Positions 12,120 to 25,120 of a DNA stretch of 64,000 nucleotides are shown in pieces. This stretch comes from Nemertoderma westbladi. Taxonomy: Eukaryota > Animalia > Xenacoelomorpha. The translations under genes and the position numbers were made by a program. Numbering within the stretch: position 1 is the first letter of the stretch; the number at the start of each line of letters is the position of its first letter. The notes under the pieces were generated by a model that searched no databases, was not told the origin of the DNA, and saw nothing but the letters and a program-made list of their open reading frames with translations. The stretch is taken from contig JAUCBJ010003670.1 of NCBI GenBank assembly GCA_032718475.1, positions 1 to 64,000 on the forward strand. The letters are read 5' to 3'.

Positions 12120-13260
12120 GAAACATGAAACCTGAGTAGCTTTGCGTAACAACCATCAATTCTTTGTTAAAGTGATTTCGTGAGTGTCCAGGTCTCACCC
12201 CCGCATAAAAGGCCACTGTGGTTCGAAAGAAATTTGTCTTCATGTGACGGGAGAGATCTGATTTCCAGATGGTATCTATTTTTGATAGAGCTACCCATGA
12301 CTTTGCTTTACTAATACCTTCTATGTCTTTCTATGGTCTCTCTATGAATGATCCGTACTGGTACTGTACCGGACCGGTACTGGTACTGTACCGGACCGGT
12401 ACTGTGCCGGACCGGTACTGGTACTGTGCCGCACCGGTACTGTTCCGGACCGGTACTGGTACTGTACCGGACCGGTACTGTGCCGGACCGGTACTGGTAC
12501 TGTGCCGGACCGGTACTGTGCCGGACCGGTACTGTGCCGGACCGGTACTGGTACTGTACCGGACCGGTACTGGTTCTGTACCGGACCGGTACTGGTTCTG
12601 TACCGGACCGGTACTGGTACTGTACCGGACCGGTACTGGTTCTGTACCGGACCGGTACTGGTACTGTACCGGACCGGTACTGGTACTGTCCCGGACCGGT
12701 ACTGGTTCTGTAACCGACCGGTACTGGTACTGTACCGGACCGGTACTGGTACTGTACCGGACCGGTACTGGTACTGTACCGGACCGGTACTGGTACTGTA
12801 CCGGACCGGTACTTGTACTGTACCGGACCGGTACTGGTACTGTACCGGACCATTATTGGAAGGCAGCAAGGCAGGGCGATATCATCGGCTAAGTCGGTGT
12901 CTGTGATTGTATGAGCGGGATATCTGCTACTTCTACCTTTGGAATGCAGCAAGGCCGGGCGATATCTGGTGACAATACCTGAGCTTCTGTGTCACATACT
13001 GTAGTAATCCAATAACAGTAAATATTACTTCTGGTATTCCATAGGATTTCCAGCATTTCACCTATAAGGATGGAGTCGAATGCTTGTTAGAACTGCATGA
13101 AGGTTCTTTGATTTAATTCCCCAACCTTCTTCTTCATCGCGATGGTAATATTGTAGTATTATTGTTGACCTTGTTGACCTGTTGTATTATCTATTTGAAC
13201 GAAATCCATTTTGGCTCTTGTGTAGTAGTTTCTCTATGCGATGCCCAATTCTATATATTG
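12120..13260 (-). mobile_element. Degenerate RTE-like LINE RT fragment, interrupted by a minisatellite
   Basis: ITDTDLADDIAL (RT catalytic motif), plus FDSI-, NGFR- and ETWTLT-like remnants on the minus strand. Confidence 0.65.
12355..12851. repeat. 22-bp near-palindromic minisatellite (CCGGACCGGTACTGGTACTGTA)n with 16-bp variants
   Basis: More than 20 tandem copies directly visible. Confidence 0.97.
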
Positions 13261-15227
13261 TGGAATCATTTTGTTGAATATAGAAGAAATAAAACAACAT
13301 AAAAGAAGTCGCACTTTAATAGAAAGTAAATATCGCATAATCGAATCAATAATAATTAAAAGTTTAGAGCTTCAATCTCTGAAAATCTGATGCTAGAAGT
13401 AGGTACAAACAGCTCTTTATAAACCAACTTGTATTTCATATAACAGAAGATAGAGGGAATCAATTCAGACTTGAAAATTCGACAGAATCAATTTTGGAAT
13501 TTTGTATCTACGCCAGCACATAAACTAATCATTGTTCACTCACATACTACAGTAGCGTTAGATCAGCATTAATAATGTACCACCCAACAGAGAGGAAACA
13601 ACTCTCACCAACGAGAAACGGGTGATCGAAAGTGCTACGCGTTTCTAGTACCGGTAATTACTTTCTTAGTCTCATTAACTCATTGCTTGCCACCACAGTG
13701 AAGTACATGGTTTCTGTAAATTATTCTCGGTCCATGTAACCGAAAAAAAACTTTGATGCCAAAGGAATAATATTATGTTTCTGATGGTTTCTGATTATTG
13801 GACCATGTAACCCATGGTGTGCAGAATTGCATGAAGCCATTATATGTGAAGCCAACTGCATTTATAAAATTATTATAACGAAACTGCGTCTCTAGAGGTA
13901 GGAAGTTCTTGTATGAATGACTAAAAAAAATGTAATTATTGTTCTTCTTATTGTGGTGATTTATCCAGTGCCTCCGGATTAACCTTAAGGCATATAAGGC
14001 ACGAGCCTTAGGGCCAGCCGAAAATACGGGCCATTTTTTCTCAACGAGTCATTCCTGTGAAAAAAAAATATTTTTATTTGAAAAGTCCACATTTTTTCTC
14101 ACTAAAATTTTTAGAAAACAGAGCAAAAAAGTGCATGTTTCGACTACTTTCTATCCCTAAATTTGTGATAGAAAGTGCGAAATTCTAGCTCCGTCGACCA
14201 AAAGTGCTTATTTCCGGGACTGTTCTCTTATTGAAGATCATTACTTTCTCAGCAAGTTCAAATAATCTAGATCAGAAATATTATATCTTTGCACTAAGCC
14301 CACACTTTTGGTGTGTTATATTTCTCAGCAAGTCCTGTAAAGATAAGTACCCTGCGAAACCTACACTACAGCAAATAAATACCACATTCCCACGATCCGA
14401 TCAAAATTGCTAAATGCCTAGAAGGGCCAGTCAGTCTTAAGGGGACCAACTATAACCTCCGCAGAAATGAAATTTTCGAAAATTTACACAATTATTTTGT
14501 AGTTTGACAGAAGTGCTTTCATAAAAGGTGATATCGGTTTTCAACATTGAATTATTTTTTGATTTCAAAACTGCTCTTTTCAATAACATAATATATTGCT
14601 GATATTTATGACTCTCTGTATAAAACAACCTTTATATCAGTTTGTCGATTTTGACTTTTTTTCATCACTAAATTATTCCCTAACTTCTATTTTATTTTTT
14701 ACTCAATTGCCATCAAACATACCAAAAAATTCAGCAGCTTTACGGCTACACACCTGAGTATTGGTTTTGTAAAACATGTCCATTTGGATCTTCTAGAACC
14801 GATTTTCCAAATGCTACAGTTTGTCTATCACAAAATATTTGATTCCCAAAATATAGCCCGGACATACTAAAACCCCCATAAATTTTTCAAAAACAATAAT
14901 TTTGTGCTAAAATTTTCATAGAAGATAGCCTACATATCTAGGTCCATTTTACCAAAGTCTTGGACCAAGAAATTCAATGCAGGTGGTATTACAGATCTTT
15001 AAACATGAGCTAATTTACATATAAATGCCTCAAAATTTATACAATTTTTGAAAAAAAAACCAACCTGCTCAAAAAGTGCCATATTTTTCGAACAAACGGT
15101 TTATGAAGTTATCTATCTATACTCATTACTCAGTTTTCATAGTGTATAAATGATCACAGATCATTGTGTTAAAGTTTCAGAATAGTAGCTTTATAAATAA
15201 AACAAATAGATTTGGGATAATGATCCC

Positions 15228-15360
15228 ATGTGTATTCTGTGATCTGTGTATTCTATTATATCTGTGTATTCTATTATATCTGTGTATTCTATTCTATCTG
15301 TGTATTCTATTCTATCTGTGTATTCTATTGTATCTGTGTATTCTATTTTCTATCTGTGTT
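15228..15360. repeat. 18-bp minisatellite (ATCTGTGTATTCTATTCT)n, with more copies at ~15618-15680
   Basis: Tandem copies directly visible. Confidence 0.9.
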
Positions 15361-15757
15361 TGCAATCTGCAAACAAATCAAATCTGCAAATCTGTGTTTT
15401 CTATCTGTGTTATATTAGATGTAATGTACACTTTACAAACTCTATTCATTCAGCCGTCACTACTAGAAATATGCAACTCTTGGGTGTTTTATATTAACTT
15501 TAATTCCTTTTATAATAATTTAATAGAATTTTATGAGTTGGTTGGCAACAGTGGTATGCCTATACAATATCTATATTGCGTAGCTAATCATACATAAACA
15601 AATTGTTCCAGAATATTGTGTTTATTCTATCTGTGTATTCTATTTATCTGTATATTCTATTCTGTCTGTGTATTCTGTCTAGTTGTATTGACATTGGATT
15701 CAATATCTAATAATTATTCATTTGTATCAGTCAATCTCTATGATCTACAATAAAAAA

Positions 15758-15852
15758 AAAGCAAACAGTCGGCCGAAGCCGGAGGCGACCCCAAGGCTCC
15801 TCTTTCGATAGCTGCTACCCGAGGGTAGGGGTGGGCGCTACTCCTATCCCAA
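15758..15852 (-). mobile_element. 5'-truncated copy of the tRNA-derived SINE (3' tail only)
   Basis: Near-identical to the 3' ~95 nt of the copies at 23382 and 52450. Confidence 0.9.
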
Positions 15853-17295
15853 ATGGATAAGACAAATAACAATATAATAATGACTGTAAACTTGCCTTAT
15901 AGTCTACAATTATGCTTTTACTAGTACCTAGATTTACTAGTTTCCTAAAATTTAATGGGCTATCCAACATCGCAAACGTCATTGATATAGCTATGTTAAT
16001 TTTCGTGCTGTGGTCTCTTTCTGACACCCATCTCCAGTATTTTTCGTGCTAAAATTTTCAAAAATTTTTATGGCTAACTAAAATAAATTATTTGCGGTAT
16101 ATCGCGTTTTTTGGATGTTGATGACGATTGTAGAACTGAAATATAACATTCGAGAATTTTTTTTGTAAAAAAGCGCCTCCTGGGGCACGAAAAAAACAAG
16201 TAGAGCAAACATGATAATGAAAATTCAGCAAAAAAAATCAAGTCAATTTTATGACCTTTATTGAATTTTTTTATTTGTTTTTTTTTTGGATGCTGATCAC
16301 GAATATGACACTGAAATACATCGTACCTTGTTGATTACGGCATTTTTAGACATGTGTCAATGTGCGGCACGAAAAATATAAATCTAGAACAAATTTGTTA
16401 ATCAAAAATCATTACTAAATCAACCCTATTTCATGACATTAGGGATTTTCTGGGACGCTGATCACGAATATGAGACGCAAAGATATCATATTTTCCAACC
16501 AAATTTAATTTTTGGTACTTGTAAGTTTTATGCTACAATTACGCTCTATCTCACATTACACTATGTAGATCGAAGTTTCAGTTAATGCTGTTCAAAGAAT
16601 TATATGACTATAATAGCTTACCTATTAATATCATTTCACCGGATTTCCACCAATCAGGAATCAAATAACAGGCCTCCTATGTATTTTGAGTTTTTCTCAA
16701 AACTATGTAAATATGAGATAGGCGGTTTTGGCATTTAAGGGCCGGACAATTAAAGCGTGTAAGGGCAAACTGAAATCTGTTTTTTACAACCCGTTTAACG
16801 CAAACTGAAGGCATCACTCATTGATATTTTGGGAATGACGGTTTTCGTATATCTATTAGAGATTAGTACACTTTCTTATATAGTCTCTCGTGCTGCGCGA
16901 AGGCCTCGCAACGTGTAATACATGCTGAACTGGGGGATCTGGAAAGTGTATATGATGAATTATAATGTAAACTTTATTATTCAACTAACTAAAATGTAAA
17001 AAATATTCAAAGGAAACAACAACCGCATAGAATAACATATATGTGATACCTTCGGCACTAGAGCATTGGGCCTTGTCGCATCCGATATGAGGCGCGCATA
17101 CTTCCTTTGTGTGGTAAAGTTTTAATTACCTTCTACTAAAATAATCCCTAGAATATATTTTAATTAAACATCCGGTGAGACATCTACACACGGCAAGCCA
17201 TTAAGGCTATATAAATAAGTGCCCTTATGTCACCTGTGGGACTTTGTGCTGCGAATGTCTGCAGACCAACATAATACAGATGGGGTGGAAGCAGC

Positions 17296-18422
17296 CGGTG
17301 TCGTCGCGTTACGGCTAATTTTTTGGGAGATTAGCCGTAACGCGACTTTCAAAGTCGCTTTACGGCTACTCTAAAAGTCGCGTTACGGCTAATCTATTGT
17401 CTTGGTTTTACATAGGAAATCATTATCAATATTATTCTATGGTGTTTACGTACAGATGATGTCCGAAAAATGTAATGTAATAATGTTTTACAGCATGGGA
17501 GTATCCGGGGGTGGGGGGATTTTACCATCTTTCATAGACTCGACAACCTCACATTCAATATAATATTGTATTCTATGGTATTCTTAGTCACAGCCTCAAG
17601 CACAGGTACCGAATACAGCCAATAATAGCAGCCGAAGAAGCAATCAATGAATGGTTTTGTGGAACATATTCCACTACTTCATATCGATGTTGTTCCAACA
17701 CCTGGCTCGCTACCTAGACCATATGGCGTTCTGTTTGGCGACTGACAAGCAGGCAATGGCCGTCCTTCCAGCCGCCAATCACCCAGTTGAAGGTCCAGCT
17801 GCATTGGGTGGGAGGGGGTGGTGATCCCGACTGGAATGTTGGTGTATGGAACCACACCTCCGCGGCCAAACCATTTCTTCCCAACCCACCCCCGAACCAT
17901 TCCTTCGCGGCCGAACCATTCCAACCCACCCCACCACCGAATCAAATGCCATACGCGGGCCATCACTGGTTAGTTTTAGATACTTTTCATTTGATTATTA
18001 TAATGATAAATAATTCAAAGTGCAATATTTCGGCAATATACTGATAAACACTCGACTCGACCAATATACTTATGCTACTGTGTACTGCGGTACTCAATAC
18101 AACAATAATAATACTATAATTAATAAATTAAGTTTTTTTAGTTAAATCCCCCCCCCCCCCTGGACACTCCCATGCTGTAAAACATTATTACATTACATTT
18201 TTCGAACCTTTCTCATCTGTACGTAAACACCATAGAATAATATTCATAATGATTCCCTATGTAAAACCAAGACAATAGATTAGCCGTAACGCGACAATTA
18301 GCCTTAATGCGACTTTTTGAGTAGCCGTACCGCGACTTTCAAAGTCGGGGTACGGCTACTCAGAAAATTAGCCGCAACGTGACTTTCCGTAACGCGACAT
18401 TAGCCGTACCGCCACTGCGCCG
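17296..18422. mobile_element. MITE/foldback element with ~220-270-bp inverted arms
   Basis: 17303-17520 is the reverse complement of ~18145-18400. The arms carry many GTCGCGTTACGGCTA / TAGCCGTAACGCGAC motifs. TSD not resolved. Confidence 0.8.
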
Positions 18423-19144
18423 ATCATTGTGTTAAAGTTTCAGAATAGTAACTTTATAAATAAAATAAATAGATTTGTGATAATGGTCCCTTTAATATAT
18501 TAAAAATTATAGCTTGAGAAATTCTATCAAAACCATTACACTTTTTATAGCAAATGTTTTATAGGCATAGCATAATATTCCGTTTAGTAATGTTACAATT
18601 GTTGATGAAAACTATTTTTGCAAAGTACTTATTATTAAAGTACTTAGTACTTATTTCAGTATTTTCACGCAGTCATCCAACGAAAATACTTTATATTTCC
18701 TTCGCAACATTTTCACAATTTCAGTTGTTTTTAGCAGCGTTTTCTTTTGAAAGGGTTTGCGGAAAAATATCAATTTTCGGACCATTTTAGGAAATTACTA
18801 CAATGTGCCTTAGGGCCACCAGAGGCTTAATCCGGCACTGGATTTATCTCTCGACAAGCTAAAGCTACTAGCTCTATCAATGGATGGTTTAAAGGTCAAA
18901 CACATCTCTTCAAATCATCATTTATTAGTAGAGTAGCACTTACTGTAAACCTCTGTCTGTAGAAAGGAATTAATTATTAAACTGAATACTTAATATCAAG
19001 CAGCGTTATGATATACCTCTCACAAGTCCCATTAATTAATTTATTACTGTAAAGAGAACTATAGAAAGTCACTGCGGCTTGAACTCAAAGGTCGAACACA
19101 TCTCTTCGAAATGATAAAAACAACAGCTGGTTACTAGCTGTCTG

Positions 19145-19459
19145 TTTAAATATATAATGTAATAAATAGGACAATATCATAATGCTCTCCATAGCGAAAA
19201 ATATCAACCGACCCTATTGGGGCGTTGTACTTACTACGTTGTACTTTCCTTTGAGTGATTAGTTGGCCTAACTAAATATGATATCCCACTCCATAGCGAA
19301 ATCTTCATCCGATCTGGTAGCTCAGTACACACACCCGACTGATGATAACCGGAAGTTTGAAACCCAGGTACCGGGTTCGAGCCCCAAAAGGGTCGGTTGA
19401 TATTTTTCGGTATGGAGAGCATTATCACATTGTCCTATTTATTACATTATACATTTAAA
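19145..19459. repeat. Small foldback (~78-bp arms) enclosing a tRNA-like Pol III unit
   Basis: 19145-19223 is inverted at 19381-19459. A-box TGGTAGCTCAGT at ~19315, B-box GGGTTCGAGCCC at ~19373, T5 at ~19403. Confidence 0.7.
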
Positions 19460-19665
19460 TTCACCGTCACTCACCCCACAACAATTCATTTAGTATTATT
19501 AGCTGTCTGTTTGGCATTAGTTTACTACTAGGATCGGCATGCTGCATTGCAGCTGCATTTTTAAGAATGCTGTGCCGGCTTGTCGACAAAATTGCGCCGC
19601 CACAACTCCCTATCACCCATGACATTTGCTAGATCATCCATATCTTCAAAGCCTATGTCCTTTAT

Positions 19666-22590
19666 CACTAGAAGCCCCAGAGAAATTGACCCCCTTTAAG
19701 CCCCGCAGGGGTCATTTTTGACCGCCACTTGAAATCAGAATGAAATTGGCTTGTTACACCCGCAGAGATAGCATATTAGTATATATATAGCATATATTCT
19801 ATACATATGTAATAATAAAATATAATATATAGAAATATATATTATATATATTATTATATGTCTATAAACAGCATATATATACTATTTTTGTTATTAACAA
19901 TGAATGTTATTAATTTTACGTTTTTATTAAATTTGACCGATGAATATTATTCAAATTAAGATCTAAATTGGTATCCTACCTACAAACATACTGATATTTC
20001 TATCAGATTTTATAGATAGGCGTTATACTGTATAGTGTATATAGCTATATACCTCTATAGAGTAGAATCAGTTGTTGTGACAGTCGTTGCAAATAACACG
20101 GACGTATTTTACTTGTTCAGTAATACAATTCCCACAGCGGGGATGACAACACATTAGACAAGTTAAATTAGTTTTGTTGCCACAGCCCTGTGTGTGACAT
20201 TGATGCCTCTTTAATGAGACTTTGGCAACACAGTCGGTCGCCACCAAACAATCAGGTGCGGCGGCTGTTGCCATTGGCAACTCAGGACTACCTGATGTTC
20301 TTTGACCGATATATGACTTTGACAGACCAGTGAGGAGTTGAAACAGAAATGTACGGCGAGAAATCTTCGAACCAACACACTCCTTATAAGTTAGCCAAGA
20401 ATTTATTCCCGCAATATCCAGAATATTAGCCCAGACAGCCATTGGCCAACGTCGACCACCTACCTTAGTTGTATAGACCCGACTCATCTGATCAAAGATG
20501 TCAACTCCACACTTATTTGCGTTATAGAATTCGATAATTTCAGGAATTTTTTTATCCGATTTCGTATCCGTTATTATCGCACTGTCGTGCAGAGTCGATA
20601 GTAAGACAACGAATTTGTTCTTCTTACATCGGTAAGACACTTGCTTCGTTCCAGAAGAACCTACTATCGAACAAATCGCCACCAGATTTCTTGAGCATCT
20701 CGTTGTGACACAGTTTTCGCCGATTCTGTCTCATTGTACCAACGAGGGTTGTTTTCAGATTTGACAGTTTGGACGCCAGTGTAAGGGAAGTGAAGAAGTT
20801 GTCCATGGTTACATTATAGCCCCGATTGAAATGACCGGCCATCAACTTCAGCACAACATCCTCACCCAGCGGCAGAGTTCTCGACTCTTCTTTACCCAAA
20901 TACGGGATTATCATTACAACATACTTAGTCGCCATGTCAACCAAGACCCAAAATTTGAGCCCATACTTATCGGGTTTCTTGGGCATGAAAGATATAAATT
21001 TACACCTTCCTTTAAAGGGTAGTAATTGCTCATCTATAGTTAGTGAATAATTCGGAATGTACTTTGAACTACAGTTTTCAACGAAAATATCGAACACTTC
21101 TCTGATGGGGTAAAATACATCTGCAATTGCGATCATACCACTTCGCCTAGAAACTCTGTCATCAAAAGCAAAGCAGCGCTTTATTAGAGAAAAACGATTT
21201 CTAGACATAATTTCCCGAAAGATATTTATCCCTGTGTGGTTAGCCCAAAGTAACTTCACTGGCAGATGTTTGCCATAAAATCCACGGGCATATTGTATAG
21301 CAATGAAAGCTTCCAGTTCTACAGAAGTCAAATTGAGATCTACTTTCAGTTTCTCTTTAGCAAATTTGTTCGTATATTTCAAAATAGTGTTGAGAATTGG
21401 TTCAGAAATAAACTCCTTCCAAGCTGTATATTCATCTGATACTCTATTCTTTATATAAGGTTTGACAACAACACGTTCCTTGAAAACATTACGTGCAGCT
21501 GCTCTACCTTTACATCCACCTGCCTCAAGAACGGACCACTTCGTCCCATCCTTACCCATCAATGCACCTGAGTCTGGATCATCAGATTCAGAGATAGGAT
21601 CTTCATCCGAATCCGAGCTCGAAAACCCAAGAAACTCACAATTATTGATGTCGCTCTCCCTCTCGCTACTTTCATCTCCGTTACAACTGTATTCATCACC
21701 ACTTTCTTCTGGGCCTACTGGTACGCCTACCATTATCGGTGCCAGCTCCAGTACAGGTACAGGTAGTGGTTCAGATGGGGTTTGTTGCATCACATTCAAA
21801 TCCCCACAAGTAGAAGCAGATTCGCTTGCAGGAGCAGTACTACTACCGCTGGTAGTGTCGGATGCTGCTCCTGTCCGATGACGCAATGGATAGGTTTTTC
21901 TAACGGCATCCATGGTGAAATCCTCTTACTGATACCGTACCTAATATCTTTCACCTTTACAGTAGGTATCTGTGTCGTGTGTACCGGTACTGATCTTGTC
22001 ACAAAATCACAAACCCTAGTGAAACCCCACTGCCGTAGTCTACCATTATTTTGGCCAGGTTAGTGGTGTGTAGGGCAGTACTGCAGTCCACATTGCCTGA
22101 ATGAATATTATAAATTACCTATTTAAAATTACCACTGTCGAAAATATTTTAAACTACGTTACTAAAAACAATTTATTGATTGGTGGACTATTGCTTGTAT
22201 TAGGGCGGGTCGGATCCTAACGGATCAGAGCGGATCCGATCGGATAGAAACCCACAAAATATACTAAGCTACCAAGGCGAGTCTGGGATACTTACTACGG
22301 TATAGCAGACTGAGCCTACCTGCAATAAACTTAATTTCACTTACCTACCACTTCACTAATACTGTGCGTAACACTATCTAGCCATAGCGGTCATTTTTGA
22401 CCCCTATGGGGCTTTTCGGATATTTCAATTTTTTGAGAGAACGAAATGAAATTTTTTATTTCATTTTTGATTACCTAAGGATAAACCCGGAAAAGTCAAG
22501 AAATTTCATATTTATACAATACATAGCAGCAGAGATAATTCGATTTGAATTTGCAAAACGGTCAAAAATGACCGCTTGGGGCTTCTAGTG
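19666..22590 (-). mobile_element. piggyBac DNA transposon, full length
   Basis: TIRs CACTAGAAGCCCCA / TGGGGCTTCTAGTG, subterminal GGTCATTTTTGACC repeats, flanks TTAT and TTAA. Confidence 0.93.
20068..21913 (-). pseudogene. piggyBac (PGBD4-like) transposase with one frameshift at ~20624-20680
   Basis: Acidic N-terminus, TIDEQL, MPKKPDKYGLK, TMDNFF, GTMRQNR and GVDIFDQ (DDD triad), RRWPM, and a C-terminal Cys-rich domain. Confidence 0.93.
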
Positions 22591-23381
22591 TTAAGATGCG
22601 TCTCAAGAAAGTCATGGGCTGTCCACCATGCTTATTCACTCCATGAGGCTGCCAAAGTAGATTATGCACTGGCTGGTCCTCACGGCGAAAGCAATGTCCT
22701 GCAAAGCGGAGGCGATTTTGTTCTAGTGTCAAGCTTGGGGGAACCAATGAGACACCTCCAATGTTATATAGTGTCTGGTTGGAGATGTGTGCATTGTACT
22801 TGACACAATGAACCCGGCGTAGCATTCTTGTGAATGTGCCATCTAGAGATTTGGTGTCCTCAGCAGTTAGAGCCCAGCATGGACGCCCATAGAGGAGTAC
22901 TGGAACTACTGCTGCTCTAAATAATCGGACCTTCAGTTTCCGATTATTTCTCGCGTGACTTCCAAATCCTGGAAAGCCTATTCATGGCTGCCCATGCCTT
23001 TCCCTTACGTATTCGAAGGTCCTCTCCTGATTTCCGGATCCATGATCCTAGGTAACAGAATTCGTCCACATGCTCAAGCATACCATCCTTTGAGCTTATG
23101 CTCATCCGATCCGAGACTTGCTTCAAAGTTAACTGTCCAAATTTTGGTCTTTCTGGAGTTAATAAAAAGACCAACACTAGAAGCAGCATGTTCTAATGAG
23201 CTGAGGAGCCGTTGGGCTCCCTCTAGTGATACTGAGAGTACTCCTAAGTCATCAGCAAAGTCTAGATCAGTTAGGTACTTGGCAGGATTTCCTCGACTTC
23301 TGGAGCCAGTAGGTGGAGTTATCATCACCCCATCATCATTATGATGATCTAAGGACATGCGTAGAACATAGTCAACCACAA

Positions 23382-23634
23382 GCAAAAGCAAAGCAAACAG
23401 TCGGCCGAAACCGGAGGCGACCCAAAGGCTCCTCTTTCGATAGCTCCTACCCGAGGGTAGGGGTGGGCGCTACTCCTATCCCAAGATTTGCTCCCAGTTA
23501 TTTAACTGGTACTCAATTTATCGACCCCAGTGGATGAAAGGCTGAGTGGACCCTGGCGGGGCTGAACCTACAACCAATAGATTGCAGGCCCGGCGCTCAA
23601 CCAACTGAGCTACCCCGCCTTGCTCACACCACTT
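23382..23634 (-). mobile_element. tRNA-derived SINE, full length
   Basis: Head GGCGGGGTAGCTCAGTTGG...GGTTCAGCCCC and central CTCAGCCTTTCATCC...GGGGTCGATAAA.TGAGTACC. Structured tail and (TTTGC)n end. 11-bp TSD GTCAACCACAA at 23371-23381 and 23635-23645. Confidence 0.92.
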
Positions 23635-24568
23635 GTCAACCACAATTATGAATAAGAATGGTGCAAGTGTGTCTCCCTGGAGGACGCCCCATAACAGTTC
23701 AAATGGTTCTGTGTCACCATCAACAGTAGACACAAATGTTGTCGAACCATCGTATACTGATCTGAGTGCTGCAATAATTTCATCAGGAATCCCATATAAT
23801 GAAAGTATGCTGAACATACGTGAGCGGGAGACTGAATCAAAGGCCTTGAAGAAGTCAACAAAGATAACAGCCAGATGCCTGTCTTTCTTTTTTGATAACT
23901 CATCAATTATCCTTCGAAGTGCCAAAATGGGCTCCATGGTCCCACGACCTTTACGGAACCCATTCTGATTTCCACGGAGCAGTCTCTCAATGGGATCCCT
24001 GATGCGATTTAATAGAATTCTATTGTATAGCTTTGCAGCAATCGAGATCAATGAGATTCCCCAAAAAGAACCATCGAGTGTTAGGTTGCCCTTCTTGGGA
24101 ACTGGCACCAAGTTATTTGTTTTCATTTCTTGTGGGACTCTTGTTGTTCGGTACATGTCTACTATGATGGATAAGCTTTATATACATCTCTATACATAAG
24201 TGTACTGCAGTTGTTGGCTTTATGATTTAGGAAGGCAATATTCATATATCAGTTATTAGTTATTACTCTCTCACTTACAACTGTGTGTTTGTAATATGAA
24301 TAATTACTGGTGCTGATAGCGCCTCTGTCGAAATCCAATGCGAATATTTATTAGGTTACTGAGTGTATCTGAACTGATTAATGGCCCTAATAGTAGGGAC
24401 GTTAACCACCATATTTTGGAGGAATTGTGCATTTTGTGATAAAAGCACCAAAACTTACCCATAGATAGTCCATATAAGGGCGAGTGTCTTAAGATAGGGA
24501 ACCACCTCTGAATATCATTGGTACCCTGTTACCATGCCAACAAAGACTACTTACCTTAGTAATGGGTG

Positions 24569-25120
24569 AGTAGTATATGTTTGTATGACACGGCATCAAG
24601 GTCACCCATAGCCCATCATTACCATCCATTTCTAGTACTGCATCCAATCAGAAGCCACCATTTCAACCTTTACCAGTGGTCGTTATTATTTCATCCAATC
24701 AGATGCCAGCATTTCATTCGTAACCATGGTAACTTCTCAAGTTCCTGCTTATTCCGCTAGAGGCGTTATTAGTCACCCAACGCTAGTACTGCATCCAATC
24801 ACCAACCTTTATTTTACAGGCGCTACAGGTGTCTACAGGTAACGTCTACTATTTTTCAAATCGCTATTTTTCAGCAACCAGTATTTTCATATTCACCAAC
24901 CTTTATTTTACAGGCGCTAGAGGTGTCTACAGGTAACGTCTACTATTTTTCATTTCGTAATTTTTCACCAGTAACTAAATTTAATTTCGCAATTTTTCAG
25001 ATAACAAAATATTCAACTGGGTTCGAACTCGGGACTGTTATAACTCTTCACAACTCACCACTCACTCTTCCATCCAACCTCGAGAGAAAAAGGCCATAAA
25101 TATCCGAGTTATAACAAAAT
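24569..25120 (+). repeat. Putative left terminal region (TIR) of the Polinton
   Basis: AGTAGT terminus, three CATCCAATCA motifs (24641, 24692, 24792) and a ~90-bp direct repeat (24799/24892). No partner TIR in the window. Confidence 0.6.

Larger units (their letters stand above)
14441..18491. mobile_element. Kolobok-like non-autonomous element inside the hAT element
   Basis: TTAA|GGGGACCA ... TGGTCCCT|TTAA: TTAA TSD with purine-purine termini. No transposase. Confidence 0.65.
13966..18840. mobile_element. Non-autonomous hAT-type DNA transposon carrying nested insertions
   Basis: TIRs CAGTGCC(TC)CGGATTAA and TTAATCCGGCACTG. 8-bp TSD GATTTATC at 13958-13965 and 18841-18848. Subterminal GCCTTAGGGCC at both ends. 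Confidence 0.88.
19561..24156 (-). mobile_element. RTE-clade LINE (RT half), split by a piggyBac and a SINE
   Basis: LVPVPKKG, GISLISIAAKLYN, QNGFRKGR, FVDFFKAFDSV, GVLQGDTLAPFLF, DLDFADDL, FCYLGS and RLRFAGHC. The C-terminus KDIG...MGDRELWR* continues in frame left of the piggyBac (19561-19665). Confidence 0.92.

Noticed and set aside
12269-12952. Five overlapping Cys/Tyr/Gly-rich ORFs
   Set aside because: Translations of a stop-free minisatellite.
23545-23619. Apparent tRNA gene (also 52610-52684)
   Set aside because: It is the head of a TSD-flanked SINE and has a degenerate acceptor and T arm.
24394-24568. Possible transposon end (AGGGAC...) just left of the Polinton
   Set aside because: No partner terminus or TSD in the window.
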